Source: a virus (taxonomy: Duplodnaviria > Caudoviricetes). From it: a stretch of DNA of 64,000 nucleotides. Where the stretch lies: IMG/VR virus record IMGVR_UViG_3300031992_000018, positions 104,027-168,026 of that record, one strand, 5' to 3'. Positions 19,260-29,553 of the stretch are shown in pieces. A program made the position numbers and the translations under genes. Position 1 is the first letter of the stretch. Each line of letters opens with the position of its first letter. The notes beneath the pieces are model-generated. The model made no database searches. It was not told where the DNA came from and worked only from the letters and a program-made list of their open reading frames with translations.

Positions 19260-19829
19260 ATGATAAATTCAAAGTTAAATGATTATTTATATAATATAGA
19301 TAATTTAAGAAATATTGACCGTTATCAAATAGCTCATAAGATTACAAAAGAAACAGTTGCTGAACATTCTTTTTTTGTTGCTTCTTATATATTAAAACTT
19401 CATGATTATTATAATTTTAATTTAGAGAAGGCACTTACTATGGGTTTACTTCATGATTTTAGTGAAGTATTTATTAGTGATGTACCTCATCCAATTAAGA
19501 TGGCTTTTCCTGATATAAATAAACAATTAGAAAAAGCTGAATATGATATGAATAGTAAATATATATCTAAGGATTTTGCTGATAATCTTGAAGAATTTAA
19601 TAATCTTACGACTGTTGAAGGTAAAATTGTAAATGTAGCTGATATTCTTTCAGTTATATCATATTCTAAATATGAAATATCTCTTGGAAATTCTCAATAT
19701 ATGAAAGATGTTCTTAATAGAGGATTAATGAGAATTAAAGATGCTCTTGATTTAATTGAAGATAATATAAAACCAGAATATAAAACATTTGATATATTAT
19801 CTGAAATTATTGATTTTTCAAAACGATAA
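19260..19829 (+). CDS. HD-domain 5'-deoxynucleotidase/dNTPase (YfbR-like)
   Basis: RY...ETVAEHSF, LLHDFSEVFISDVPHPIK, VADIL. Confidence 0.85.
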   Translation: MINSKLNDYLYNIDNLRNIDRYQIAHKITKETVAEHSFFVASYILKLHDYYNFNLEKALTMGLLHDFSEVFISDVPHPIKMAFPDINKQLEKAEYDMNSKYISKDFADNLEEFNNLTTVEGKIVNVADILSVISYSKYEISLGNSQYMKDVLNRGLMRIKDALDLIEDNIKPEYKTFDILSEIIDFSKR

Positions 19830-19901
19830 TTATATATTAGATTATATGGAGAAATATAGTCTATATAATCTATGTTTTAAAATATATTACAAATTAAATA
19901 T

Positions 19902-22900
19902 ATGAGTAAAAGAAAAGATCTTAAAAAGATTATGGTCATAGGTAGTGGTCCAATTGTAATTGGTCAAGCTGCCGAATTTGATTATGCTGGTACACAAGCA
20001 TGTCTTGCACTTAAAGAAGAAGGATATGAAGTTATTCTTGTAAATTCTAATCCAGCAACAATTATGACAGATACTAATATTGCTGATAAGGTTTATATGG
20101 AACCTTTGACTTTTGATTATGTATCTAAAATTATTTATAAAGAACGTCCAGATGGTATTGTACCAGGTCTTGGTGGTCAGACAGGATTAAATCTTGTAAC
20201 AGAACTTTCACAAAAAGGTGTTCTTGATGAATGTGGTGTAGAAGTTCTTGGTACATCATTTGAAAGTATAAATATTGCTGAAGACAGAGAAAAATTTAAA
20301 AACTTTTGTATTGATAATAATATTCCTGTAATTCCTTCGGAGATTGTACATGATATTCAAGGTGCTATTAATGCAGCATCTTCAATTGGATATCCTGTTG
20401 TTCTTCGTCCAGCATTCACTCTTGGTGGAACAGGTGGTGGATTTGCTTATAATGAAGATGAATTAAAGGAACATATGATAAATGCTCTTAATCTTTCACC
20501 TATTCATCAGGTACTTATAGAAAAGAGTGTAAAAGGTTATCGTGAGATTGAATTTGAAGTAATGAGAGATAACAATAACAATGCTATATGTATTTGTGGA
20601 ATGGAAAATGTTGATCCTGTTGGAATTCATACAGGTGATTCAATTGTTGTTGCTCCATGTATAACAGTTTGTAAAAATGATTATGAAAGGTTAAAAAATG
20701 ATGCTTTAAAGATTATTAAGAAATTACAAATTGCTGGTGGATGTAATGTACAGTTTGCTCTTTCTCAAGAAGATGAAGATAAATATTATATTATTGAAAT
20801 TAATCCTCGTGTATCTCGTTCATCAGCTCTTGCATCAAAAGCATCTGGTTATCCTATTGCAAGAGTAACTGCTAAGATTGCTGTTGGTTATAATCTTAAT
20901 GAAATAAATCTTGATGATCATACAGCATTGTTTGAACCTTGTCTTGATTATATAATTGCTAAATTCCCAAGATTTCCATTTGATAAATTTGAAGAAGCTA
21001 AAGATGAACTTTCAACTCAGATGAAAGCAACTGGTGAAGTTATGTCAATTGGTAAAACTCTTGAAGAAGCTTTCTTAAAGGGTCTTAGAAGTCTTGAAAC
21101 AAAAACATATCATTTATATAATTCTAAATTTGATCATTTTAAGAAACAAGAACTTATTGAATATATTTCAACTGATGCATATGATAAGATTTTTGCTATA
21201 GCACAACTTCTTAGGATTGGTGTATCTGTAAAAGAAATATTTAATAAGACAATGATATGTGAAGATTTTTTAGTAGCATTTAGAAATATTGTTGAATTTG
21301 AAGAGAAGGTAGAACATTATGGCAAAGATGAAAATGCTGATTTTGGTGATATAATTTATAGAGCAAAGTTATTAGGTTTTTCTGATGAAGAAATAGCTCA
21401 TCTTATAGATACAGATCCTTATGAAATTACTAAATATCGTTTAGATAATGGTTATGTACCAAAATATAGAATAGTTGATTGTTATTGTTATAGATATTCT
21501 ATTGATATAAATGGTAAAGAATATGAACATAAGAGATCAATTCCTTATTTCTATTCAACATATAATGATCTTGTAGAAAATGAATCAGTAAGAAGTAATA
21601 AAAAGAAAATCATAGTTCTTGGTTCTGGTCCTATACGTATTGGTCAAGGTGTAGAATTTGACTATTCTACAGTACATGCAATATGGGCTATCAAGAATAT
21701 GGGTTATGAAGCTATTATCATTAATAACAATCCTGAAACAGTTTCAACAGACTACACTATTTCTGATAAACTTTATTTTGAACCTCTTACTGTTGAGGAT
21801 GTAATGAATGTAATTAATTTTGAAAAACCTGATGGAGTAATTGTATCTCTTGGTGGACAAACAGCAGTAAATCTTGCTAATCCTCTTTCTAAGTTCAATA
21901 TTCCAATTATAGGTACTGGAATTGAAGCAATTAATAATGCTGAAGATAGAAAGATTTTTGAAAGCATTCTTGAAGAACTTAATATTCCTCAACCAAAAGC
22001 TATTGCTGTAACAAATATTGAAGATGGTTTAAAAGCTGCTAATGAAATTGGTTATCCAGTACTTGTTCGTCCAAGTTTTGTTCTTGGTGGTCGTGCAATG
22101 ATGATTGTTGGTAATGATGATACTCTTAAGCATTATCTTGCTAATGCTGTTGCTCTTGATGAAAAATCTCCAGTTCTTATTGATAAATATATACAAGGTA
22201 TTGAGTGTGAAGTAGATGCAATATGTGATGGAGAAACAGTACTTATTCCAGGTATAATGGAACATATTGAAAGAACTGGTGTTCATTCTGGAGACTCTAT
22301 AAGTATATATCCTTCAGTTAAATTAACTGATATAAATAAACAAAGGATTATTGAATATACAAAGAAACTTGGTGTAAGAATTGGTATTAAAGGATTATTT
22401 AATATTCAATATATTGCTAATGGTGATGATATTTATGTTATTGAGGTAAATCCAAGAAGTTCTAGAACAATTCCATTCTTAAGTAAGTCTACTAATATTC
22501 CTATGGCAAAAATTGCTACAGAAATAATGTTAGGTAAGAAATTAGTTGATTATGGATATCCTGAATATATTCCTGAAAAGAATTCATATTTTATCAAAAC
22601 TCCTGTATTTTCATTTAATAAACTTATAGGTGTTGAGTCATATTTGTCACCAGAGATGAAATCTACAGGTGAGGCGATAGGTATTGATAAAACTTTCACA
22701 AAAGCTCTCCAGAAGAGTTTGTGCGCCTCTGGATTAAAGATTAAAGACCATGGTACGATATTCGTAAGTGTATATGATGATGATCGTGAAGAAGTATTAC
22801 CTATTATAAAGAGATTTTATGATTTAGGATTTAATATTGAATCTATAAATGGTACAGCTACTTTCTTAAAAGAACATGGTATACATACTAAGACTCTTAA

Positions 22901-23123
22901 GAATCTTTCATATTATGATCTTATTAGAAATGGACACTTTACATATATAATCAATAGGATTAATGTAAATCAGCATTCATCTCATCTTGATGATTATGGT
23001 ATTCGTCACGTTGCTACTGAATGTAATGTACCAGTATTTACATGTCTTGATACAGTAAATGCACTTCTTGATGTTATTGAAGATATAACATTAAACGTTA
23101 ATGATATTACTAAATTCAATTAA
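19902..23123 (+). CDS. carB: Carbamoyl-phosphate synthase large subunit
   Basis: IGSGPIVIGQAAEFDYAGTQAC, two ATP-grasp halves (EINPRVSRSSALASKA; EVNPRSSRT), C-terminal MGS-like domain. Confidence 0.97.
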   Translation: MSKRKDLKKIMVIGSGPIVIGQAAEFDYAGTQACLALKEEGYEVILVNSNPATIMTDTNIADKVYMEPLTFDYVSKIIYKERPDGIVPGLGGQTGLNLVTELSQKGVLDECGVEVLGTSFESINIAEDREKFKNFCIDNNIPVIPSEIVHDIQGAINAASSIGYPVVLRPAFTLGGTGGGFAYNEDELKEHMINALNLSPIHQVLIEKSVKGYREIEFEVMRDNNNNAICICGMENVDPVGIHTGDSIVVAPCITVCKNDYERLKNDALKIIKKLQIAGGCNVQFALSQEDEDKYYIIEINPRVSRSSALASKASGYPIARVTAKIAVGYNLNEINLDDHTALFEPCLDYIIAKFPRFPFDKFEEAKDELSTQMKATGEVMSIGKTLEEAFLKGLRSLETKTYHLYNSKFDHFKKQELIEYISTDAYDKIFAIAQLLRIGVSVKEIFNKTMICEDFLVAFRNIVEFEEKVEHYGKDENADFGDIIYRAKLLGFSDEEIAHLIDTDPYEITKYRLDNGYVPKYRIVDCYCYRYSIDINGKEYEHKRSIPYFYSTYNDLVENESVRSNKKKIIVLGSGPIRIGQGVEFDYSTVHAIWAIKNMGYEAIIINNNPETVSTDYTISDKLYFEPLTVEDVMNVINFEKPDGVIVSLGGQTAVNLANPLSKFNIPIIGTGIEAINNAEDRKIFESILEELNIPQPKAIAVTNIEDGLKAANEIGYPVLVRPSFVLGGRAMMIVGNDDTLKHYLANAVALDEKSPVLIDKYIQGIECEVDAICDGETVLIPGIMEHIERTGVHSGDSISIYPSVKLTDINKQRIIEYTKKLGVRIGIKGLFNIQYIANGDDIYVIEVNPRSSRTIPFLSKSTNIPMAKIATEIMLGKKLVDYGYPEYIPEKNSYFIKTPVFSFNKLIGVESYLSPEMKSTGEAIGIDKTFTKALQKSLCASGLKIKDHGTIFVSVYDDDREEVLPIIKRFYDLGFNIESINGTATFLKEHGIHTKTLKNLSYYDLIRNGHFTYIINRINVNQHSSHLDDYGIRHVATECNVPVFTCLDTVNALLDVIEDITLNVNDITKFN

Positions 23124-23166
23124 TAAAAATTACTATATTAAATAAAATTAAAATAATTTATATAAT

Positions 23167-24945
23167 ATGAAGAGTTTACTTTTAACACTTGGACATAATT
23201 CATCCGCAATTTTTGTAGAAGATGGTAAAACACCTATTGGTTATGAAGAAGAAAGATTAACAGGTATTAAATCTGATTCACAGTTTCCTACTGATGCAAT
23301 TCATGAAATTGCTAGAAATGTAGGTATTAAGAATATGAAAGGTTGTAAGATATTTATTTCACATTGGTTTGATTTTATTCCTAATGTAATACCTAATAAA
23401 TATATTACTCAGACTGATATTGACAATCTTAAAGAAATTTCTGATGATATTACCTTTGTATCTCCAGAATTTACACATCATGATGCTCATGCTTATGCTG
23501 GTAAGAGTTTCTTTGATTATCATTTCTCAAAGTTAAATACTGATCCTTATTGTGATGTTTCTCTTAAACTTCAGCAGAATAAAGATATTTATGTTATTGT
23601 AGCTGATGGTTTTGGTAATAATGGTGAGGTTCTTTCAGTTTATAAAATTAATGATTATTTAAATAATAGATTTAGTAATCTTAATCTTGAACATAGAGTT
23701 TATGGATATAAGAATTCTATTGGTCTTATGTATCAGTATGCAACTTCTTATGTTGGTATGAAAGAAAATCAAGATGAGTATAAATTCCTTGGATATGAAG
23801 CTCATATTGATGAATATCTTAATAAATATAAGATTGATATTCTTGATGCATATATCAAAGAACTTGTAAATACTCTTTGGGAAGGATTTGAAAGAGATAC
23901 TAATACTAATGTATATAAAAAGTGTGAATATTTAATTAATTTTGATTCACTTAAAGAAACTAAAGAATATTTCCATAATATCTTTAGAGAAGCATATGAG
24001 ACAGTATGGAAAGCTGATGATAAAGCAAAATATTCAAAAGAAGATAATGAATTTATTCAGAGAAGTATTGTAGCATATTATCTTCAGCAGACAGTAGAAC
24101 AATTCTTTGGTAAGGTTGTTGAAAAGTTTAATATACAGAATGTAGTTGTAGTTGGTGGTTCATTCTATAATGTAAAACTTAATAATTATATTTTTGAACA
24201 TACTAATGGTGTATATTGTGCAATGCCTCTTGCAGGTGACCAAGGTGCTGCTATAGGTCTTTATTACTATTATACTGGTGAACAATTCAATTTTGAAACA
24301 CTTTGTATTGGTAAGAGAAATTTCTATGGTGCTGAAAAGGTATTTAAGAAGAATTTCTATAGAGAAGCTACTGATGAACTTGCAAAAGAAATAGCAAGAA
24401 AGATTGCTGATGGATATATTGTAGATCTTGTACATGGTTCTATGGAATTTGGTCCTCGTGCTCTTATGCATACATCAAGTTTATTTATTCCTACAGTAGA
24501 GAATACTGCTCAGAATAATTCAAATAATCTTAGAAATGAAGTAATGCCTTGTGCGCCAGTTCTAACAAAAAAGAATGCTGAATTTTTATTTGGTAAAGAA
24601 AGTATTAATCGTGTTGTTGGTAGTGATGAATTTATGATTCTTACACATACTTATAAGAGAGGATATTCAGAACTTTATGGTGGTGTAATGCATAAGATTG
24701 TCCTTAAAGATGGTTATTCTGGTCGTCCACAAATTGTAAGAGAAGGAACATTTGAAGAGAAGATTCTTAAATATGTTGAAGAACTTGCAGATATTAAATG
24801 TCTTGTCAACACATCTTATAACAAGCATGGTACACCTATTCTTTATTCAATGAAGCAAATTAAAGATGACTACAATTTCCAAGTTGAACATTCACAAATG
24901 AATGGTTACAAGAAGTCTCCTTTACTTTATGTAGTTGAAGATTAA
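23167..24945 (+). CDS. O-carbamoyltransferase (CmcH/NodU family)
   Basis: GHNSSA, EEER, HHDAHA, DGFG, AGDQGAAIG, MEFGPRAL, RPQ, VNTSYNKHGTPI. Confidence 0.92.
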   Translation: MKSLLLTLGHNSSAIFVEDGKTPIGYEEERLTGIKSDSQFPTDAIHEIARNVGIKNMKGCKIFISHWFDFIPNVIPNKYITQTDIDNLKEISDDITFVSPEFTHHDAHAYAGKSFFDYHFSKLNTDPYCDVSLKLQQNKDIYVIVADGFGNNGEVLSVYKINDYLNNRFSNLNLEHRVYGYKNSIGLMYQYATSYVGMKENQDEYKFLGYEAHIDEYLNKYKIDILDAYIKELVNTLWEGFERDTNTNVYKKCEYLINFDSLKETKEYFHNIFREAYETVWKADDKAKYSKEDNEFIQRSIVAYYLQQTVEQFFGKVVEKFNIQNVVVVGGSFYNVKLNNYIFEHTNGVYCAMPLAGDQGAAIGLYYYYTGEQFNFETLCIGKRNFYGAEKVFKKNFYREATDELAKEIARKIADGYIVDLVHGSMEFGPRALMHTSSLFIPTVENTAQNNSNNLRNEVMPCAPVLTKKNAEFLFGKESINRVVGSDEFMILTHTYKRGYSELYGGVMHKIVLKDGYSGRPQIVREGTFEEKILKYVEELADIKCLVNTSYNKHGTPILYSMKQIKDDYNFQVEHSQMNGYKKSPLLYVVED

Positions 24946-24949
24946 TTTA

Positions 24950-24980
24950 AAAAAGCCTCTAAATTATTAGAGGCTATTTT
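24950..24980 (+). terminator. Intrinsic terminator
   Basis: agcctctaa-atta-ttagaggct followed by T-run. Confidence 0.65.
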
Positions 24981-25014
24981 TCTATATTAATATATATTAA
25001 ATTATAGAATAGTT

Positions 25015-25647
25015 ATGAATTGTCCAAAGGTTTTAGTATTTACAGGTGGTTGTTATTCAGGTAAAACAACTTCAATGCAAGTTATAAAAGAAATACTTGA
25101 AGAAAAAGGTAAAAATGTTATATTTCTTGATGAACTTATTCGTCGTCATAAGATAGGTTCTATTGATGAGATTCGTCGTGATCCTAATAAATATATGGAA
25201 TTACAGAATGATATCATTAGAGGTAAAATGGATAGTGAAAAATATTCATATAAAAACTTTAATGAAAATACTGTTATTCTTGTTGATAGAAGTGTAACAG
25301 ATTCATTGTTCTATTTAACATTTTATGTTGATAAGAATTCATTAGATATTGAACATCAAAAGCAATTTATAACTTTATTTAATGATTTAAATGATTATCT
25401 TGATACAGTATCAGATATATATACTTATATATTTGAATTTACTCCTTTAAAAGAAGTAATTGAAAATGATAATTTTAGACCACAAAATCTAAAAGATTTA
25501 CAAAACATAGAATATAAAATGATTAAGAAATATAATCTTTTATATTTTCATAATCATAGTGGATATATGAGTATTGATTTAAATAATGTATCTAAAGATA
25601 ATATGAAAGAATATTGGAAAAATTTACTTGATTGGATGAATATATGA
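25015..25647 (+). CDS. P-loop nucleotide kinase-like protein
   Basis: FTGGCYSGKTT; ILVDRSVTDSLFY. Confidence 0.75.
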   Translation: MNCPKVLVFTGGCYSGKTTSMQVIKEILEEKGKNVIFLDELIRRHKIGSIDEIRRDPNKYMELQNDIIRGKMDSEKYSYKNFNENTVILVDRSVTDSLFYLTFYVDKNSLDIEHQKQFITLFNDLNDYLDTVSDIYTYIFEFTPLKEVIENDNFRPQNLKDLQNIEYKMIKKYNLLYFHNHSGYMSIDLNNVSKDNMKEYWKNLLDWMNI

Positions 25648-26420
25648 TATTTCCAGATATAGAATATTTACATTTAACTAATAATTGGAAAAGAATATTT
25701 GAAGATTTTAGTTATAAATGTGAAATATATAAAGATTATTATGAATGTTTAAACTATTCATATAAAATATCTCCAATGATTGATTATTGCATGAGTTATT
25801 TTACTAATCTATTTGATTTAGATAAAGCAAAAGCAATATATAATTGGTATAGAAATCATGATTCAAGAGATCATTCTATTGAAGAATATTTTGATGAATA
25901 TAAAAGATGTACAGATGAAACTCATTTAGATTTTAATTCTAATTATGGGTTATATGCTTATTCTCCAGAAGGTCTTGATAAATGTATAAAACGTCTTGGA
26001 GAAAATAATGATACTCGTCAAGCAATGTTTTGTATAAATAACAATGAAGCAATGTCTGATAGAAGTATAGATAAACTTTGTACTAATACTGTTCAATTTT
26101 ATATAAGAAGAAATAAATTAATTATGGTAGTACAAATGAGAGCAAGTAATATGATTACTCTTTTACCATATGATTCATTTATGTTTTGTTATTGGTATTT
26201 TTATGTATTTAATAAATTATATAATGAATATGATTTAAAAAATCTTGAACTTAATTATATTTATATTAATGTATCAAGTATTCATTACTATATAGATAAT
26301 TTAGAAAAGATTAATAAGGATAATAAAGACGTTAAATTTATCAATGATTTATTTGATGATTATAAAGATCCTGATTTTATAAATATATTTGATAAAAAGA
26401 TAAATGGACAATACAGTTGA
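25644..26420 (+). CDS. Divergent thymidylate-synthase-fold protein
   Basis: NSNYG, DTRQA, DKLCTNTVQFYIR, MRASN...PYD; start moved to the ATG overlapping the upstream stop. Confidence 0.8.
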   Translation: MIFPDIEYLHLTNNWKRIFEDFSYKCEIYKDYYECLNYSYKISPMIDYCMSYFTNLFDLDKAKAIYNWYRNHDSRDHSIEEYFDEYKRCTDETHLDFNSNYGLYAYSPEGLDKCIKRLGENNDTRQAMFCINNNEAMSDRSIDKLCTNTVQFYIRRNKLIMVVQMRASNMITLLPYDSFMFCYWYFYVFNKLYNEYDLKNLELNYIYINVSSIHYYIDNLEKINKDNKDVKFINDLFDDYKDPDFINIFDKKINGQYS

Positions 26421-27111
26421 TATTTTAAATCAATTTAAAGAAAAGTATAAAAATGGTGAATTCAGATATATTAATGGAACTACAAAAACAGTAGAAATTC
26501 AAAATGCACATTTTATATGTGATAAAGATTATATTTTAAGAGAACCAAATTATGAATATGCTAGAAGAGAGATTGCATGGTATGATACAATGTCTTTATA
26601 TGTAAAAGATATTCCTGATAAGATACCAGTAATTTGGCAGAATGTTTCTGATATAAATGGTAAGATTAATTCAAATTATGGTTGGTGTATTTATTCAGAA
26701 GAAAATGGTTCACAATATAAAAATTGTTTATATAATTTAATTCATGATACTTGTTCAAGACAAGCAGTAATGATATATACTAGACCATCAATGCATAATG
26801 ATGCTAATAAAAACCATATGCATGATTTTATGTGTACATTTGCAACACAGTGTTTTTTAAACAAAGTTGAAGATGGTTATTCTTTAAAGTATATAGTTTA
26901 TCAAAGAAGTAGTGATGCTGTATTTGGTTTTAATAATGATCATCTTTGGCATAAAGAAGTACAAAAAAGATTAGCTGATGATTTAGAGAAAGAATTTAAT
27001 AAAATAAAAAATGAAAGTGATGAACATATCCATGTACATTGTGAACCAATAGAATTTAATTGTGGATCAATTCATGTTTATGAAAGACATTTTCAATATT
27101 TGGAGGATTAA
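26404..27111 (+). CDS. dCMP hydroxymethylase (T4 gp42-like)
   Basis: INSNYGW, SRQAVMIYTRPSM, DFMCT, RSSDAVFGFNND (Asp at the dCMP-specificity position), GSIHVYERHF. Confidence 0.9.
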   Translation: MDNTVDILNQFKEKYKNGEFRYINGTTKTVEIQNAHFICDKDYILREPNYEYARREIAWYDTMSLYVKDIPDKIPVIWQNVSDINGKINSNYGWCIYSEENGSQYKNCLYNLIHDTCSRQAVMIYTRPSMHNDANKNHMHDFMCTFATQCFLNKVEDGYSLKYIVYQRSSDAVFGFNNDHLWHKEVQKRLADDLEKEFNKIKNESDEHIHVHCEPIEFNCGSIHVYERHFQYLED

Positions 27112-27114
27112 TTT

Positions 27115-27633
27115 ATGAGAAATTTTGATTATCAATATCTTAGAATTGCTAAAATTTGGAGTGAGAATTCTTATTCAAGAAGAAATAAAGTAGGTGCTAT
27201 TATAGTAAAAGATGGTATGATTATTTCTGATGGTTATAATGGTACACCAGCAGGATTTGATAATAATTGTGAAAATGAAGTAAAATGTGATGTTGATTGG
27301 GATGAACTTATTTCTGCATTAGATAATGGATCTTCTGTATGTGCTGCATATAATAGAGATTGTAATAAATGTCCTCATCATTATCTTGTTACAAAACCAG
27401 AAGTACTTCATGCAGAAGCTAATGCTATTACAAAAGTAGCAAAATCTACTAATTCTTCAGATGGAAGTACATTATATGTAACATTATCTCCTTGTATTGA
27501 ATGTGCAAAACTTATTATTCAAGCAGGTATTAAAAGAGTTGTATATAATGATGTTTATAGAAATACTGACGGTCTTGAATTACTTAAGAAAGCAGGTATT
27601 GAATTAGTACAAATAAAAGATATAAATGATTAA
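27115..27633 (+). CDS. dCMP deaminase
   Basis: KVGA, GYNGTP, HAEANAI, SPCIECAK. Confidence 0.92.
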   Translation: MRNFDYQYLRIAKIWSENSYSRRNKVGAIIVKDGMIISDGYNGTPAGFDNNCENEVKCDVDWDELISALDNGSSVCAAYNRDCNKCPHHYLVTKPEVLHAEANAITKVAKSTNSSDGSTLYVTLSPCIECAKLIIQAGIKRVVYNDVYRNTDGLELLKKAGIELVQIKDIND

Positions 27634-27635
27634 TT

Positions 27636-27818
27636 ATGTTAAGTAAAAATGATTTAATATTTTTAGGAGCATCTATAATTATAGGAGCAGATGTAAATAG
27701 AAATGGTGTTCAATTTAGTACAAATAATAGTATATCAAAAGCTATTGAATTATCATCAAAATTATTTGATAATATATTTAAAGATGATAATAGTAAAGAT
27801 GAAATGATTTTAGAATAA
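27636..27818 (+). CDS. Small hypothetical protein
   Basis: Operon packing. Confidence 0.5.
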   Translation: MLSKNDLIFLGASIIIGADVNRNGVQFSTNNSISKAIELSSKLFDNIFKDDNSKDEMILE

Positions 27819-27859
27819 TTCTATATTAATATAATGTAACGTTTACAAAAAGAAAGAAT

Positions 27860-28963
27860 ATGATGAAGAAAATTTTAAGTATTATTATCGCATTTGTAAT
27901 GATGATTACACTTGCAAATGCTCAGACGGTTGAACATTCACGTCTTTTTGAAAACACTTATGTAACCCTTGTCGGTGGTGGTATTACAACCCAGCATACA
28001 GGTGGTCAGACTTTCTTCTGGGCCGGAGCACAGAATATCGTTAATGGTATTCGTCCTTTTGCAGGTCTTGAGATTGGAAAATATGTAACTCCTGTTGTTG
28101 GTTTTGGAATCGAAGGTCTTGCAATGTTTAATACTACTGGTTCAAATACTGTTGTTGATCAGTCAAATGTTGTAGGTAACTTGAAACTTAATCTTTCCAA
28201 TTGGTTTGGAGGATATAAGGGAGAGCCTCGTAGAGTAGAGGTAGTTTTGGTTCCTGGACTTGGTTGGGGTCATGATTATGGTAATGTTTATAATGATAGA
28301 AATTATTTAACTTATAATATTGGCGCAGAATTAAATATTAATCTTGGCAAGGCTCGTGCTTGGCAAATTAATGTTAAACCTGTTGTAATGTGGAACAATT
28401 ATAATAATGTTCTTACTCCTAGACGTGCCAATATGCAAGGTAGAATTCAGTTTGGTTTAACATATAAGTTCGGTTCAAGAAGTAAGAAGAGCCATAACTT
28501 TGTTCTTTGTCCTTATAGTGTAACTGCAGCTGATTATGAAGCAGCACATGCAAGAATTGCTGAACTTGAAGCAAGAGAACCTAAGACTGTTGAAAAGGTT
28601 GTAGAAAAGGTAGTTGAGAAGCAGGTTATTATTGAAAAGGTTGTTTCTCATGATCCTGCACTTCAAACAGTTATTACATTCAATATTGGAAGTACTAAGC
28701 TTTCAAGTGTTGAAAGAGCTAAGCTTGGTGTTCTTGCTAAGGTAGTTAGAGCTGATGAAAAAGTTTATCTTGTAGGTAGTGCTGATAGCGCTACTGGTAC
28801 TGAAAAGAGAAATACAGAACTTGCAAATGGAAGAGCTAATACAGTTAAAGATATTCTTGTAAAGGAATATGGTATTAGTGAAGACAGAATATTTATCAGA
28901 ACAGCTTTTGATACAAATTCAGATGCTGAAGCAAGTAGAGCTGTTGTTATTACTCTTGAATAA
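27860..28963 (+). CDS. ompA: OmpA-family outer membrane protein (Bacteroidota type)
   Basis: Signal peptide (ANA-Q), beta-barrel ending GLTYKF, C-terminal F.IGS...GSADSATG..RN..L...RA peptidoglycan-binding domain. Confidence 0.88.
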   Translation: MMKKILSIIIAFVMMITLANAQTVEHSRLFENTYVTLVGGGITTQHTGGQTFFWAGAQNIVNGIRPFAGLEIGKYVTPVVGFGIEGLAMFNTTGSNTVVDQSNVVGNLKLNLSNWFGGYKGEPRRVEVVLVPGLGWGHDYGNVYNDRNYLTYNIGAELNINLGKARAWQINVKPVVMWNNYNNVLTPRRANMQGRIQFGLTYKFGSRSKKSHNFVLCPYSVTAADYEAAHARIAELEAREPKTVEKVVEKVVEKQVIIEKVVSHDPALQTVITFNIGSTKLSSVERAKLGVLAKVVRADEKVYLVGSADSATGTEKRNTELANGRANTVKDILVKEYGISEDRIFIRTAFDTNSDAEASRAVVITLE

Positions 28964-28992
28964 AATAATTTAATTTAAACGTTACAAAATTA

Positions 28993-29021
28993 AAGTCTCC
29001 TAAAATAAGGAGACTTTTTTT
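28993..29021 (+). terminator. Intrinsic terminator
   Basis: aagtctcct-aaaata-aggagactt followed by T-run. Confidence 0.75.
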
Positions 29022-29079
29022 ATTTTTAAATATATTAATAAGTAATTACTATATTAATATATAATATATTTTAAATATT

Positions 29080-29526
29080 ATGGAACAAAAAAAAGTAGTA
29101 CAAAAAGTTGTAAAGAAGTCAGTTAATAAAAATGAAAATAATTTATTAGATAAACTAAAAAAGAATTGGAAGAATATATTACTTATTCTTTTAATAATTT
29201 TTAGTATGAGTAAATGTACAAGTTCTTGTTCAAGAGGAAGAGAAATTAATAGACTTAATGTTCAAATTGAACAATTAGATTCTATAGTAGTTGCTAAAGG
29301 AATTGAATATGATAAACAAAGTATTGAATTACAAGGAGTAAAAACAAGTATAGATTCTTATAAAGGAATTGCTACTGGTAATCAAAAAGAACTTGTTGAT
29401 AAAGTTACTTCATTAACAGAAGAAAATAGAAACTTAACAAATAAAGTTAATTCATTAAATAAAGAAAATAAAAAACTAAAAGAAAAAATTGATGAATTAG
29501 AAAAACAAAAAGAAGATATGAATTAA
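29080..29526 (+). CDS. Membrane-anchored coiled-coil protein (possibly spanin-like)
   Basis: Basic N-terminus, one hydrophobic segment, long heptad region. Confidence 0.5.
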   Translation: MEQKKVVQKVVKKSVNKNENNLLDKLKKNWKNILLILLIIFSMSKCTSSCSRGREINRLNVQIEQLDSIVVAKGIEYDKQSIELQGVKTSIDSYKGIATGNQKELVDKVTSLTEENRNLTNKVNSLNKENKKLKEKIDELEKQKEDMN

Positions 29527-29553
29527 TATCTTCTTTTTTTTATTTTTAAATAT

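Noticed and set aside
19260-19829. Z-genome (DatZ/PurZ) pathway
   Set aside because: HD enzyme present but no PurZ; the neighbourhood points to cytosine modification
19836-19873. Riboswitch or attenuator upstream of carB
   Set aside because: Only a single AT-rich hairpin; no recognisable PyrR or riboswitch consensus
19902-28963. Bacterial chromosomal segment or prophage boundary (carB, ompA)
   Set aside because: Same AT-richness and phage promoter boxes, interleaved with gp42-like and baseplate genes; no housekeeping synteny or integrase
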